Under the pieces are notes generated by a model. That model was given only the letters and a program-made list of their open reading frames with translations. It made no database searches and had not been told where the DNA came from. DNA of 64,000 bases from Deltaproteobacteria bacterium (GTDB taxonomy: Bacteria > SAR324 > XYD2-FULL-50-16), in NCBI GenBank assembly GCA_029881655.1, contig JAOUME010000001.1, positions 2,351 to 66,350 on the forward strand. The letters run 5' to 3'. Position 1 is the first letter of the stretch, and each line of letters starts with the position of its first letter. A program made the translations under genes and the position numbers. Positions 8,891-18,291 of the stretch are shown here, in pieces.

Positions 8891-9976
8891 ATGTTATTTC
8901 AAAAACCCAACCGAGAGACCTTTGAAGCCCGTTATTGGGAAAGGGTAAAAGGCGATGAAATCATGTGCGGACTATGTCCGAGAGCCTGCAAGCTCAACGA
9001 GGGACAAAAGGGAAACTGTTTTGTACGTCAAAATCTGGGTGGACGGATGGTCCTGACCACCTATGGTAAAAGTAGCGGGTTTTGCATCGATCCCATCGAG
9101 AAAAAACCACTGAACCACTTTTACCCTGGAAGTTCGGTCTTATCGTTTGGAACCGCCGGCTGTAATCTAGCCTGCAAGTTCTGCCAAAACTGGGATATCA
9201 GCCGCTCCAAGGAGTTCGATCGTTTATCTGAGAACGCCTCCCCTTTGGCAATCGCCGAAGCTGCCGAAACACACAAATGCAAAAGCATCGCCCTAACCTA
9301 TAACGATCCAGTCATTTTTTTGGAATATGCCCGTGATGTTGCCTTTGAGTGCCGAAAAAAAAACATCCGGGTTGTCGCGGTCACAGCGGGTTACATTAAT
9401 CCAGAGCCCAGAAAAGAATTTTTCTCTTTTATCGATGCGGTTAACGTCGATCTTAAATCATTCACGAACCTTTTTTATAGAAAACTAACCGGCGGTAATC
9501 TAAAAACGGTTTTGGACACACTGCTCCATATCAGGGAAAAGACCAAGGCCTGGCTGGAGATCACCACCTTGATCATTCCCGGAGAAAACGACAGCCCCCA
9601 AGAACTGAAAAAGCTTACCAAATGGATTAATAAGGAGTTGGGAAAAGATACCCCGCTTCACTTTTCGGCCTTTCATCCTGACTACAAGATGACCGATCGA
9701 CCCAAAACCCCTCTTTCAAGCCTGATTTCAGCCCGGAAAATAGCCTTGGATGAAGGCTTAAGGTACATTTATACCGGCAATGTCTACTACGAAGCGGGGG
9801 ATACCACCTTCTGCCCCAACTGTGGAGAAAAACTCATTGAGCGTAGCTGGTACGAGTTGCCGGGATATTATCTCTCTGAAAGTGGTTCCTGCCGACAATG
9901 TGGTTTAAAGGTCCCCGGAATGTTCGATTCCCAGCCCGGCACATGGGGAAACCGCCGAAAACCAATCCGGATTTAG
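8891..9976 (+). CDS. Radical SAM enzyme, AmmeMemoRadiSam-system (AmrS)-like.
   Basis: N-terminal CGLCPRAC motif, a radical SAM CNLACKFCQN (Cx3Cx2C) cluster and a C-terminal Cys cluster (FCPNCGE, SCRQCG), as recalled for TIGR04337-type proteins. Confidence 0.55.
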   Translation: MLFQKPNRETFEARYWERVKGDEIMCGLCPRACKLNEGQKGNCFVRQNLGGRMVLTTYGKSSGFCIDPIEKKPLNHFYPGSSVLSFGTAGCNLACKFCQNWDISRSKEFDRLSENASPLAIAEAAETHKCKSIALTYNDPVIFLEYARDVAFECRKKNIRVVAVTAGYINPEPRKEFFSFIDAVNVDLKSFTNLFYRKLTGGNLKTVLDTLLHIREKTKAWLEITTLIIPGENDSPQELKKLTKWINKELGKDTPLHFSAFHPDYKMTDRPKTPLSSLISARKIALDEGLRYIYTGNVYYEAGDTTFCPNCGEKLIERSWYELPGYYLSESGSCRQCGLKVPGMFDSQPGTWGNRRKPIRI

Positions 9977-9988
9977 ATAGGGCTTTTA

Positions 9989-11668
9989 TTATCCGTGATA
10001 TCGGTTCAATGCGGAGACAACCGCTTTTGCCGAAGCGATAGCGATATGGGAGTCTTCCCCCGCGCCGAAAACAGCTTTGTTTTCTTCCAGCCCAATCCCG
10101 ATAAAAGCAACCGCCTTGGAGTCCGAACCTTCCTCAAGCGTGTGTTCTTCATAATGTATGAGTCGAAAATCAGCCAGACCGCTTTGGCTTAACCCTTTGA
10201 CGAAAGCGTCAATCGGACCGCTACCGGAAGACTGGATCTTTTGTCGCTTCCCTTTAACCCTTAAGGTCGCTCTGACTTGTACCTTGGGAGACTCGCCCCC
10301 TGTGTTTTCTTCAGTATACTCCCTGAAATCCAGCAATTCAAAAGGCTCTCTGCTTAAAAGATATTCCTTTTTGAAGCATTGGTAAATCTCTTCTGGTGCG
10401 ACTTCGCGCTTAACTGAATCCAGGTATCTTTGAAAAACCTCACCGAATTCGGGGCGCATACCTCTTGGAAGCCTTAAGCCGAAATCCCTTTCCAGCACAA
10501 AAGCGAAACCGCCTTTGCCTGATTGGGAATTGATCCGAATGACCTTTTCGTACTTCCGACCGATATCTCCCGGATCCAATGGCAAATAAGGCACTTCCCA
10601 AAGACCTGCCCCTTTTTCTTTCATCTCAGCCAATCCCTTGCTGATCGCATCCTGATGAGAACCGGAAAAAGCCGTAAAAACCAACTCTCCCGCATAAGGA
10701 TGTCGGGGATGCACTTTCATTTCGGTGGTATCTTCATAGATCTTGATCAATCGGTTTATATCATTAATTTTAAGATCCGGATCGATCCCTTGGGTTAAAA
10801 GATTCATGGCCATCGTAATAATGTCGACATTACCAGTTCTCTCTCCGTTTCCAAAAAGGGTTCCCTCGACCCGCTCGGCACCAGCCATCAACGCCAATTC
10901 AGCCGCCGCGACGGCAGTACCTCGGTCATTATGTGGATGGATACTGATGATAGCCTGATCCTTATTATTTAAGTGGCTTATAAACCACTCGATCTGATCG
11001 GCGTAGACATTAGGAGTCGACATTTCCACTGTTGCAGGCAGATTCAAAATCACTTTTTCCTGAGGTTTTGGGTCCCAGGCCTTAATAACCGACTCGCAAA
11101 TCTCAAGCGCGAAAGGCATTTCGGTACCCGTAAAGCTCTCGGGGCTGTATTGCAAAATAACTTCGGTTTCAGGGTTATTTCCTGACAACTCTTTGATATC
11201 TAAGACCCCTTTAACTGCAAGTTCTATCACTTCCTTTTTGCTTTTATTGAATACAACTTGTCTTTGAAGGGTCGATGTTGAATTATAAAGATGAAAGATA
11301 ACCCTTCTGGCGCCGGAAAAAGACGAAAAGCTTTTTTCGATCAAAGATCTTCTCGCCTGACATAAAATCTGCACCGTCACATCATCGGGAATTAAATTTT
11401 GGTCGATCAACTGCCTTAAAAATTCATTTTCCATCAGGGAGGCCGAGGGAAATCCCACCTCGATTTCATTAAATCCCAACTCCACAAGCACTTCAAACAT
11501 CGCTTTTTTTTTGACCACCGTCATCGGATTGACAAGTGCCTGGTTCCCGTCTCTTAAATCCACGCTGCACCAGATGGGTGTCTTTTCAATTAACTTTGAA
11601 GGCCATACCCGTTTTTTGATTTTCATTGGGGGGTAAGCTTTGTATTTATTTATGATTGGAACATTCAT
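9989..11668 (-). CDS. leuA: 2-isopropylmalate synthase (long LeuA type with regulatory domain).
   Basis: 559 aa. The N-terminus contains DLRDGNQ, EVGFPSAS and HPHNDRGTAVAAAE motifs. A strong SD (aaggagg) precedes the ATG. Confidence 0.85.
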   Translation of the reverse strand: MNVPIINKYKAYPPMKIKKRVWPSKLIEKTPIWCSVDLRDGNQALVNPMTVVKKKAMFEVLVELGFNEIEVGFPSASLMENEFLRQLIDQNLIPDDVTVQILCQARRSLIEKSFSSFSGARRVIFHLYNSTSTLQRQVVFNKSKKEVIELAVKGVLDIKELSGNNPETEVILQYSPESFTGTEMPFALEICESVIKAWDPKPQEKVILNLPATVEMSTPNVYADQIEWFISHLNNKDQAIISIHPHNDRGTAVAAAELALMAGAERVEGTLFGNGERTGNVDIITMAMNLLTQGIDPDLKINDINRLIKIYEDTTEMKVHPRHPYAGELVFTAFSGSHQDAISKGLAEMKEKGAGLWEVPYLPLDPGDIGRKYEKVIRINSQSGKGGFAFVLERDFGLRLPRGMRPEFGEVFQRYLDSVKREVAPEEIYQCFKKEYLLSREPFELLDFREYTEENTGGESPKVQVRATLRVKGKRQKIQSSGSGPIDAFVKGLSQSGLADFRLIHYEEHTLEEGSDSKAVAFIGIGLEENKAVFGAGEDSHIAIASAKAVVSALNRYHG

Positions 11669-11691
11669 TAACTCCTCCTTGGTTTTATAGA

Positions 11692-11731
11692 CAAAAAAAA
11701 GCCGTGGAATTTAATAATCCCACGGCTTTTT
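11692..11731 (-). terminator. Rho-independent terminator hairpin (GCCGUGG loop CCACGGC) with a U8 run, 25 nt upstream of the leuA SD. It reads as an attenuator terminator and is structurally bidirectional.
   Basis: A perfect 7-bp GC-rich stem at 11701-11707 / 11720-11726. An A-run on one side and a T-run on the other give a U-tract on both strands. Confidence 0.65.
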
Positions 11732-11742
11732 AAAAAACCATA

Positions 11743-11763
11743 CCCGCGGGACGAGCCCCGCGG
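11743..11763 (-). promoter_or_regulatory. GC-rich hairpin (CCGCGGG-ACGAG-CCCCGCGG) in the leuA leader. Its 3' arm can alternatively pair with the 5' arm of the terminator, giving an antiterminator.
   Basis: Sequence reading. The alternative pairing of cccgcggg with gccgtggg is 7 of 8 positions, including one G-U pair. Confidence 0.45.
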
Positions 11764-11790
11764 CAGTTAACAAAATAACTCAGCTCAGGC

Positions 11791-11877
11791 TCAAACCTTC
11801 AATAGTAGCAGTAGCAATCCTAGAGTGTGTCTTTTAGTCATTGTTTTTGGTTGATAGATTTTCCGATTGATTGTCAT
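11791..11877 (-). CDS. leuA leader peptide (28 aa) with six consecutive Leu codons: MTINRKIYQPKTMTKRHTLGLLLLLLKV.
   Basis: A minus-strand small ORF ending about 28 nt before the leader hairpins. It has 7 Leu in 8 residues, using CTA/CTG/TTG codons. This is analogous to E. coli leuL. A second ATG at 11841 would give a 16-aa version. Confidence 0.6.
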   Translation of the reverse strand: MTINRKIYQPKTMTKRHTLGLLLLLLKV

Positions 11878-12049
11878 GTTATTTATTGTAGTTTAACTAA
11901 AGCAATTGTCAATCCTAAACCAAGCCTCTAAATTCACCGTTGAAAAATTTCAGTCCGGTTTTAATTTAATTGGAACTGTCGCGATTTTGGATCGTCGTTT
12001 TTTCACGATTCAACAAACCTCTTTTCAAGGAGCATCAAAATAAGTATGG

Positions 12050-12502
12050 TTGAAATTTCAAGCCAACATCAAACGGCACTATTATGAATCAAAATCACTC
12101 TCAATTAATATGAATACTCCAGAAAACACCCAGGCAAACGATTTCCTAAAAAAAAATGCGCTTGACCCTGAAATAACCAAAACAGCATCAGGACTTCAGT
12201 TTAAAATCATCAAGGAAGGCACCGGCAAAACTCCAGATCAAAACAATATCGTTACGGTGCATTACATTGGAAAATTGGTCGATGGCACTGTAATCGACAG
12301 CAGTTATGACAAAGGGGCTCCCGCCACCTTCCCGGCCAACGGGGTTATCCCTGGCTGGCAGGAAGCTTTAGTAATGATGAGTGAGGGTAGCAAGTGGGAA
12401 ATTTTCATCCCACCATCTCTTGGCTACGGGGAAAGGGGTATCGGACCGATACCCCCTAACAGCACCTTGATCTTCGAAGTGGAACTCTTAGGAGTTAAAT
12501 AG
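12050..12502 (+). CDS. FKBP-type peptidyl-prolyl cis-trans isomerase.
   Basis: FKBP domain (VHYIGKLVDGTVIDSSYDKGAPATF, GWQEALVMMSEGSKWEIFIPPSLGYGERG). The start is ambiguous; candidates are TTG 12050, ATG 12046 (other frame) and ATG about 12110. Confidence 0.75.
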   Translation: MKFQANIKRHYYESKSLSINMNTPENTQANDFLKKNALDPEITKTASGLQFKIIKEGTGKTPDQNNIVTVHYIGKLVDGTVIDSSYDKGAPATFPANGVIPGWQEALVMMSEGSKWEIFIPPSLGYGERGIGPIPPNSTLIFEVELLGVK

Positions 12503-12534
12503 TTTTTCCTTATAATTGGGATAATTTTTGGCGA

Positions 12535-12765
12535 CTACCCGTCAAAAAAAGACTTCATGCAGTCATCGTCACAAAAGCAATGATTCTTTTTGTTAATGAC
12601 GGTTTTCTGGGCGACATGGGCCTTGCAATTATCGCATTGAACCAATTTGGATTCGTCAAGTTCCTTCGGCTTAAAAGCCCCAAAGAATTTAGGCCCAACC
12701 GTTTTTTTCAATAAACGGTAACATAAGTAACAGCCGATAACAATCAAAAGATAGCGCAGAATCAT
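12535..12765 (-). CDS. Membrane-anchored zinc-ribbon (TRASH/YHS-like) hypothetical protein.
   Basis: An N-terminal TM helix plus CDNCKAHV...HCFCDDDC cysteine cluster. Confidence 0.4.
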   Translation of the reverse strand: MILRYLLIVIGCYLCYRLLKKTVGPKFFGAFKPKELDESKLVQCDNCKAHVAQKTVINKKNHCFCDDDCMKSFFDG

Positions 12766-12921
12766 GATTGAATTCCTTTATTAAATATTGTATACCTGTA
12801 GGTAGCAGAGTCGGTTATCAATGGGTCCATCTTGAGAACCGTGAAAAAAACTGGCTGATTCATCGCCTGTTAACTATAAATTATCAAAGTCCCTTTTTTT
12901 TGACAAAGATAAAATAAGGAC

Positions 12922-13740
12922 TTGGTTTCTTTTATGACCGCTTTCAAGTTCCCTCTTATCTTAAGCATCTGGTGCTTAAGCCTGACAATGCCCCTTTTCG
13001 GGCAAGACCGGATTGTTGTCGATCAATACAACGATTTTGGCGGCAAAACCTTCGAATCATCCAACCGTAAAGACGGTATCCTTGTTTTCCGGGAGTTTTA
13101 CGCATTCGATGAGAAAAAAATGAGGGAGGAAACCATCTTCACCGACGACCATACGGCCATCTTCGGCATAGATCAAATCAACTCCGAATTTATGTTTGAT
13201 GTCAAGGTGAAAAGGGAAAAGATTTTCTCCATCCGCTTTGCCAAGGTCAATCTTGTGAAGAAATCGACCGACTTTTACGATCAATCATCCCGACTCAAGC
13301 TGAAAACTAAAAATAACTTTGTCGAGCCGTATCTGGGTTACAATATCATCCACTACAAACCAAAAAGCAATCTTAAACCAGACGAAAAATTCGGACTCGT
13401 CAAAACAAAGATGGAGTGGCATTACCCTCAAAATCTGGAAGGTTTAAGCAAGTATATTGAGTTTTATAGCGAAGATGGTGAAAAGAAAGTCCGAGTCGAA
13501 AATTATTACACCCAAAAATCAATGCGAGACAACGGTATCTACAAAAGCGTCTATTATACCGAAGACAAGCGGAGAGTAAAACAGGAATGGTATTATACTC
13601 CCCAGTTCTCGGAAAAGAACAAAGGTGTTTATAAAAAAATTCAAAACCACACCTACTACAGCATGAGTCGAAAAAAAACATCGACCTATTACTATGATCA
13701 GGCAGGAAACGTAATCTTTGACCAAAGTATTAAATATTGA
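12922..13740 (+). CDS. Hypothetical secreted protein (signal peptide) with Tyr-rich MORN/YwqK-like repeats.
   Basis: An N-terminal hydrophobic segment ends in LFGQD. Repeated YY/WYY motifs are present. No clear family. Confidence 0.4.
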   Translation: MVSFMTAFKFPLILSIWCLSLTMPLFGQDRIVVDQYNDFGGKTFESSNRKDGILVFREFYAFDEKKMREETIFTDDHTAIFGIDQINSEFMFDVKVKREKIFSIRFAKVNLVKKSTDFYDQSSRLKLKTKNNFVEPYLGYNIIHYKPKSNLKPDEKFGLVKTKMEWHYPQNLEGLSKYIEFYSEDGEKKVRVENYYTQKSMRDNGIYKSVYYTEDKRRVKQEWYYTPQFSEKNKGVYKKIQNHTYYSMSRKKTSTYYYDQAGNVIFDQSIKY

Positions 13741-13781
13741 TTTTTCACGTTATTTTATCAATTTAAACAGAATAAAAACCC

Positions 13782-14204
13782 ATGACCGACCCCAAAGACC
13801 ATCAGGCTCCCATTGATCTGGATTCCTTAAAGAAAATGCTATTTAGTGCTGCATTGATGAGCGCGATCGACGGAAAATTCGACCAGACGGAACGTGAGGT
13901 CTGCTTGAAATTTTTGGTAAGCAACTGGCTTACCGAGTATGGTGATGTTAAAGTTTTTTTCTCAACCGTGCTTGATGAGATCAAGACTCTTTTAAAAACC
14001 GGTCCGAAGCTTTATGAAAATATCGACCGGGTCGCGACCGAGTTAGCTTTAAAGCTGGCTCAGCCACACAAAGACGCTTTGATGAGCCTCATCGAAAACG
14101 TTATGCTGTCAGATGGTCAGGCCGTTGTCAGAGAAACCGACCTACTGAATCGCTACAGGAAAAAAATCCAGAACCCTCATTTAGTTGACCTGAAAAAGTT
14201 ATAG
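13782..14204 (+). CDS. TerB-like domain protein.
   Basis: The AALMSAIDGKFDQTEREV pattern (ADG...E.E), typical of TerB/DjlA-N-like domains. 140 aa. Confidence 0.4.
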   Translation: MTDPKDHQAPIDLDSLKKMLFSAALMSAIDGKFDQTEREVCLKFLVSNWLTEYGDVKVFFSTVLDEIKTLLKTGPKLYENIDRVATELALKLAQPHKDALMSLIENVMLSDGQAVVRETDLLNRYRKKIQNPHLVDLKKL

Positions 14205-14249
14205 CCGGTCAAACTGTTATCTTACGCCCTACCTTTTTATTCTTTCCAG

Positions 14250-14963
14250 TTAACGGTAATAAACCTCCACCAAACCCTTGGGATTTGTCGTAAAAATAAA
14301 AAGCACCTCACCATTAACCGCTTTTTCGTATTGTTGATAAAGCTCCGGGGCTGTAATATGGTTTTCGTTGTGATACTCGCTTTCTTTGGTTTTATCGGAA
14401 TAGGTTAAAACCGAAAAGCTTTTGACCTTTCCCTGTTCATCTCTATCAATACCGGTTACCTCTAGGCTAGATAAAACCCCGTCTCTTCTTTTGGTTTCGA
14501 CAATCAGCCCTTTTTTAATAACCTGATGATTTACTTTTCTGGTTTTAGTGGTAAAAGTCTTTTCCGCGAAAGGTTCCGAAGATAGCAAGGCGACCTTTTT
14601 TCCTTCGGGTAGCCATTTCAATTCGTAACCCACCCCTTTCCAGGTAAACTTAATGCTGTCTTCCGTGCTGGTCAGTTTAAATGGAAGCGACTGAATCTTA
14701 ATGACCGGGAAATTGCCGGTTTTATGCATCTCCTGAAACTCGATGGTGAGGTTGGTATCCTTGGATGTAATGGTCTGGATGCTTCCCGGCGTCAATATCG
14801 CTTTTTTGGGACTCTCGAAAGTGACCTTATAAGATTTCCGCTCCGAAGAACCTGCTTTTTCATCCAGGATCTGCACATTCTGATTTTTTGCGAAGCCTAC
14901 CGATCCCGCAATAAAGAAAGAAAACAAACAAATTATTAAATATCGATTCATTTTTACTCCCAA
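14250..14963 (-). CDS. Hypothetical secreted protein.
   Basis: 237 aa with a signal-peptide-like N-terminus. No recognisable domain. Confidence 0.4.
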   Translation of the reverse strand: MGVKMNRYLIICLFSFFIAGSVGFAKNQNVQILDEKAGSSERKSYKVTFESPKKAILTPGSIQTITSKDTNLTIEFQEMHKTGNFPVIKIQSLPFKLTSTEDSIKFTWKGVGYELKWLPEGKKVALLSSEPFAEKTFTTKTRKVNHQVIKKGLIVETKRRDGVLSSLEVTGIDRDEQGKVKSFSVLTYSDKTKESEYHNENHITAPELYQQYEKAVNGEVLFIFTTNPKGLVEVYYR

Positions 14964-14969
14964 CGTTGA

Positions 14970-17027
14970 TTAGGTGACATTCGTTTTAAGTAGCTCCATT
15001 CCCCAGTTTGATAAAATAAGTTGACTATTTTCACGACAAACTAGCTGCTGTTTTAGTTCCATTTCTTTTAGGATTCGATCAAAAGGAAGATAAGGATTTT
15101 TTTCCTTAAGCTTCTCAAGGGAGTCATGATCATTAACGGCCTTTAAAATCGATTTTTCTAAAACAGCCAAAGGATTGTTTTGATCTTTTAAACGCCGCAT
15201 CAAAAACAAAATCAGAGTTTCATGAAGTCTGCCGAGTTTTCCTAAAAGTTCCTTCTTTCCCCTAAGATAAAGTGCCGATTTATCCTCGGTTCCCGAATTG
15301 CGGATAAAAACCGCCCCCTGGATCACGTTTTCTTTTAGAATCGAATAGTATACCAACGAACTCTCCTCTGTAAACTCCACTTGTTCAAAACGAAAAGGCC
15401 TAATGAAATCCTTTTGCAGCTCGCTTTCGATCAAGGCCAAAAGTTCCTTGCGGAAAAGACTTTTTGATTCCAACTGACTTTTATTGACATAATAAACATA
15501 AGCGGTTTTTTTTATCCCACATTCAAAAGGACTTCGTAGATTTTCGAAATACACCTTGATCGGCATATGCTGAGACAATTGTTTTACGGCTACCAGAGAA
15601 TTAAGCCCCGTCTTGATCCCATTGCCCGCATACAGGGCCAGAGCCCCTCCCTTGTCAGGATCAAACCCAGCGGTTATGCAGTGACCCGATTCTTCAAACC
15701 CTATTAGAAAGCGGGTTTCTCCTTTATTTATTTTAAACTGACGACTATTGAGATGCTCCTTTAGAAGTCCAGTAAGGACAAAACCGGACTGGTCCTGGTC
15801 CCGTTCCAATTCTTTCAGCCTTTCAAACAGGACCTTATCCCGAGTTTTATTTAAATCTAAGGACGCGTAAAAAGACTCCCTTACCGCTCTTAACAAAATC
15901 CACTTATCCCCCACACCAGTTAATAGAGGTTGATAGCCCTCTAGCTGAGCTGAAATCGCCGTATTTAAATCGCTTTCGACCGTATTAACGAAAAGTGATC
16001 GATCATTTTTAAAAAAAGCCCCCTGTCTTAAAAACCGGGCCTGATGAATTCCGAGCTTATCGCCCGAGGAGACTATGATATGCTTTTGAAACGGCTGGTA
16101 GTCCAGGCGAAAGCAGCGATCTCCGTCACCATCAAAGATCAAGCATATCAACTTTATATTCCCGGAACCCACACCCGGATCGTTATCAGCCTCTTGGAAA
16201 ATTCGACGAAGGGCCTCGTAAGATTCAAAGACAGATCCCATTTTTAAAACATCCTCTCTTTTTATCACCTCCCGGCCTTCTATGTCGGCAACTCCGCAGG
16301 ATTCGTTTATATTGCCCTCCAGGTTCAACAAGACCACTTTTTTAAAGAGATCTTTTCTAAAAATCGTCTCAGCCACGGCGGCGACCGCCCCCTTGGACGC
16401 GTCGATGATTAAAATCGTATCTAAAAACCCTTCACCCTGAATCCAAGAGTTTTCATCATCAAGACTCAATTTGATAAAATAATCTCTGGCCTCTTCCTTA
16501 AAATCAAGCCGGTCACCCTGAGGTGGCTTTTGATCAAGCGGTTCCTTTCTTAAAAATAGTATTTTTTCTGTCAGCTGTTGATCTTCATATGGCAAAAACT
16601 TCAAGCCTGAAAAACCGTGAAACAGCTTGATCCCGTTTTGATCCGAAGGGTTATGCGAAGCTGTCAAAACGACTGCGCCTACCGCTTCTTTTTTTAGCAT
16701 GAACAAAGGCATCGCCGGAGTTGGGAGCATCCCAGCCACCAGAACGTTTAAGCCAGCTTTTAATATGCCGTTAATAGCCGCCCGGTTAAATTCTCCCGAC
16801 TGATCCCGTGGATCCCACCCGATGACGACACCATCTCCTATCAATGCCGCTCTCTCCTTCAAAAGAAGCAGGGCGTAACAATAAGTATAAAGCTCGAAAA
16901 ATTCTGGGGTAAGAAGCCCCTCTTTTAAATAGAATTCGACCGGGTCCAAACCGTCGGCAATCGAATTTAAGGTGACCCTGCCACGAATCCCATCGGTGCC
17001 TTGCAACCTCTTTGGAAAGGATATCAT
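14970..17027 (-). CDS. Alpha-D-phosphohexomutase superfamily protein (phosphoglucomutase/phosphomannomutase-like), unusually long at 685 aa.
   Basis: All four family motifs are present: GTDGIRG, active-site TASHNP, metal-binding DGDGDR, and sugar-binding GFEESGH plus IRNSGTED. There are large insertions and an extra C-terminal tail of about 110 aa. Confidence 0.7.
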   Translation of the reverse strand: MISFPKRLQGTDGIRGRVTLNSIADGLDPVEFYLKEGLLTPEFFELYTYCYALLLLKERAALIGDGVVIGWDPRDQSGEFNRAAINGILKAGLNVLVAGMLPTPAMPLFMLKKEAVGAVVLTASHNPSDQNGIKLFHGFSGLKFLPYEDQQLTEKILFLRKEPLDQKPPQGDRLDFKEEARDYFIKLSLDDENSWIQGEGFLDTILIIDASKGAVAAVAETIFRKDLFKKVVLLNLEGNINESCGVADIEGREVIKREDVLKMGSVFESYEALRRIFQEADNDPGVGSGNIKLICLIFDGDGDRCFRLDYQPFQKHIIVSSGDKLGIHQARFLRQGAFFKNDRSLFVNTVESDLNTAISAQLEGYQPLLTGVGDKWILLRAVRESFYASLDLNKTRDKVLFERLKELERDQDQSGFVLTGLLKEHLNSRQFKINKGETRFLIGFEESGHCITAGFDPDKGGALALYAGNGIKTGLNSLVAVKQLSQHMPIKVYFENLRSPFECGIKKTAYVYYVNKSQLESKSLFRKELLALIESELQKDFIRPFRFEQVEFTEESSLVYYSILKENVIQGAVFIRNSGTEDKSALYLRGKKELLGKLGRLHETLILFLMRRLKDQNNPLAVLEKSILKAVNDHDSLEKLKEKNPYLPFDRILKEMELKQQLVCRENSQLILSNWGMELLKTNVT

Positions 17028-17280
17028 TTTACTTATTCAAATTCGGTTCGATACATGATCTTTATAAAAACACCTTTTGAATCATAGGTCTAAAATCCCG
17101 TTCCGTAAAGTAAGGGCTTATGGTTTTCTTATATTTTTTATTATTTTTCAAAACAGAGCCTAAAGTAATCATCCTTTTTCGGCTCGTACGAATCGACCCA
17201 ACTCCTTTTTCCACTTGAAAAACATCAATAAACGACCTAAGTTAATTATTTATAAAAGATCAATTATTTATTATACATCC

Positions 17281-18276
17281 ATGGCAAAAATTGCATTAAC
17301 GGGTATCAAACCCACGGGTAATCCTCATATAGGGAATCTGCTAGGCGCCATCAAGCCCGCCTTGAAAATCGCGGAAAAATATCACGCGCTATATTTCATC
17401 GCAGATTACCACGCCCTAACCTCGGTAAAAGACAAACAGGCACTTCACCAACAGATCTACGGAGTTGCGGCTACCTGGATCGCCGCAGGGTTAGACCCCG
17501 AAAAGGTCGTTTTTTACCGACAATCGGATATTCCCGAAGTATTTGAATTAAGTTGGATCTTGTCTTGTTTTACCCCTAAGGGGCTTCTAAACAGAGCCCA
17601 TTCATACAAAGCCGCGGTCGATAATAATCTCCAAAATCAAAACGACCCTGATATGGGTGTTAACATGGGTCATTACAACTATCCGATCCTGATGGCGGCC
17701 GACATCTTAATGTTTAACAGCAATGTTGTTCCTGTGGGACAAGATCAGCGGCAACACCTGGAAATGACCCGCGATATAGCTCACTGGTTCAATCAAAATT
17801 ACAAAAAAATTCTTGTCATACCAGAAGCTCTTATCCAAGATAATGTCAAAACCATTCCCGGGATCGACGGCAGAAAAATGAGCAAGAGTTATCATAATGA
17901 AATCCCGCTGTATGTCCCTTCAAAACAGCTCAAAAAAAAAGTGATGCAAATCGTCACCGACTCAAAGGAGGTCCACGAGCCTAAAGATCCCGAGAACTGC
18001 AATCTTTTTTCGATTTATAAGCTCTTTGCGGAAGAAAAGGAAATCCAGACTACCCACCAACAGTACCTGGATGGTGGTCTCGGTTACGGACAACTCAAAC
18101 AGGCTTTGTTTGAATTAATCGACACTTTCGTCAACGAAGGAAGAGAGCGTTACGATTACTATATGAACCATACCGAGTTGCTCGATCAAATCTTGCTTGA
18201 GGGTGCCTCAAAGGCTAGAAAAATAGCCACACCCCTTCTAAAAACCATCCGACAGACCATCGGAATCGAGAAATAA
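17281..18276 (+). CDS. trpS: Tryptophan--tRNA ligase.
   Basis: The class I motifs HIGN (GNPHIGNLLG) and KMSKS. The TrpS length is about 332 aa from ATG 17281. Confidence 0.85.
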   Translation: MAKIALTGIKPTGNPHIGNLLGAIKPALKIAEKYHALYFIADYHALTSVKDKQALHQQIYGVAATWIAAGLDPEKVVFYRQSDIPEVFELSWILSCFTPKGLLNRAHSYKAAVDNNLQNQNDPDMGVNMGHYNYPILMAADILMFNSNVVPVGQDQRQHLEMTRDIAHWFNQNYKKILVIPEALIQDNVKTIPGIDGRKMSKSYHNEIPLYVPSKQLKKKVMQIVTDSKEVHEPKDPENCNLFSIYKLFAEEKEIQTTHQQYLDGGLGYGQLKQALFELIDTFVNEGRERYDYYMNHTELLDQILLEGASKARKIATPLLKTIRQTIGIEK

Positions 18277-18291
18277 TTTCAAGGAGTTTCA

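Noticed and set aside
9995-11185. Several 65-91-codon ORFs on the plus strand inside leuA.
   Set aside because: They are antisense to a well-supported long gene and have no motif support. They are typical shadow ORFs.
17028-17280. T-box leader upstream of trpS.
   Set aside because: No T-box consensus (AGGGUGGNACCGCG) or specifier-loop or antiterminator architecture was visible. The region is simply AT-rich.
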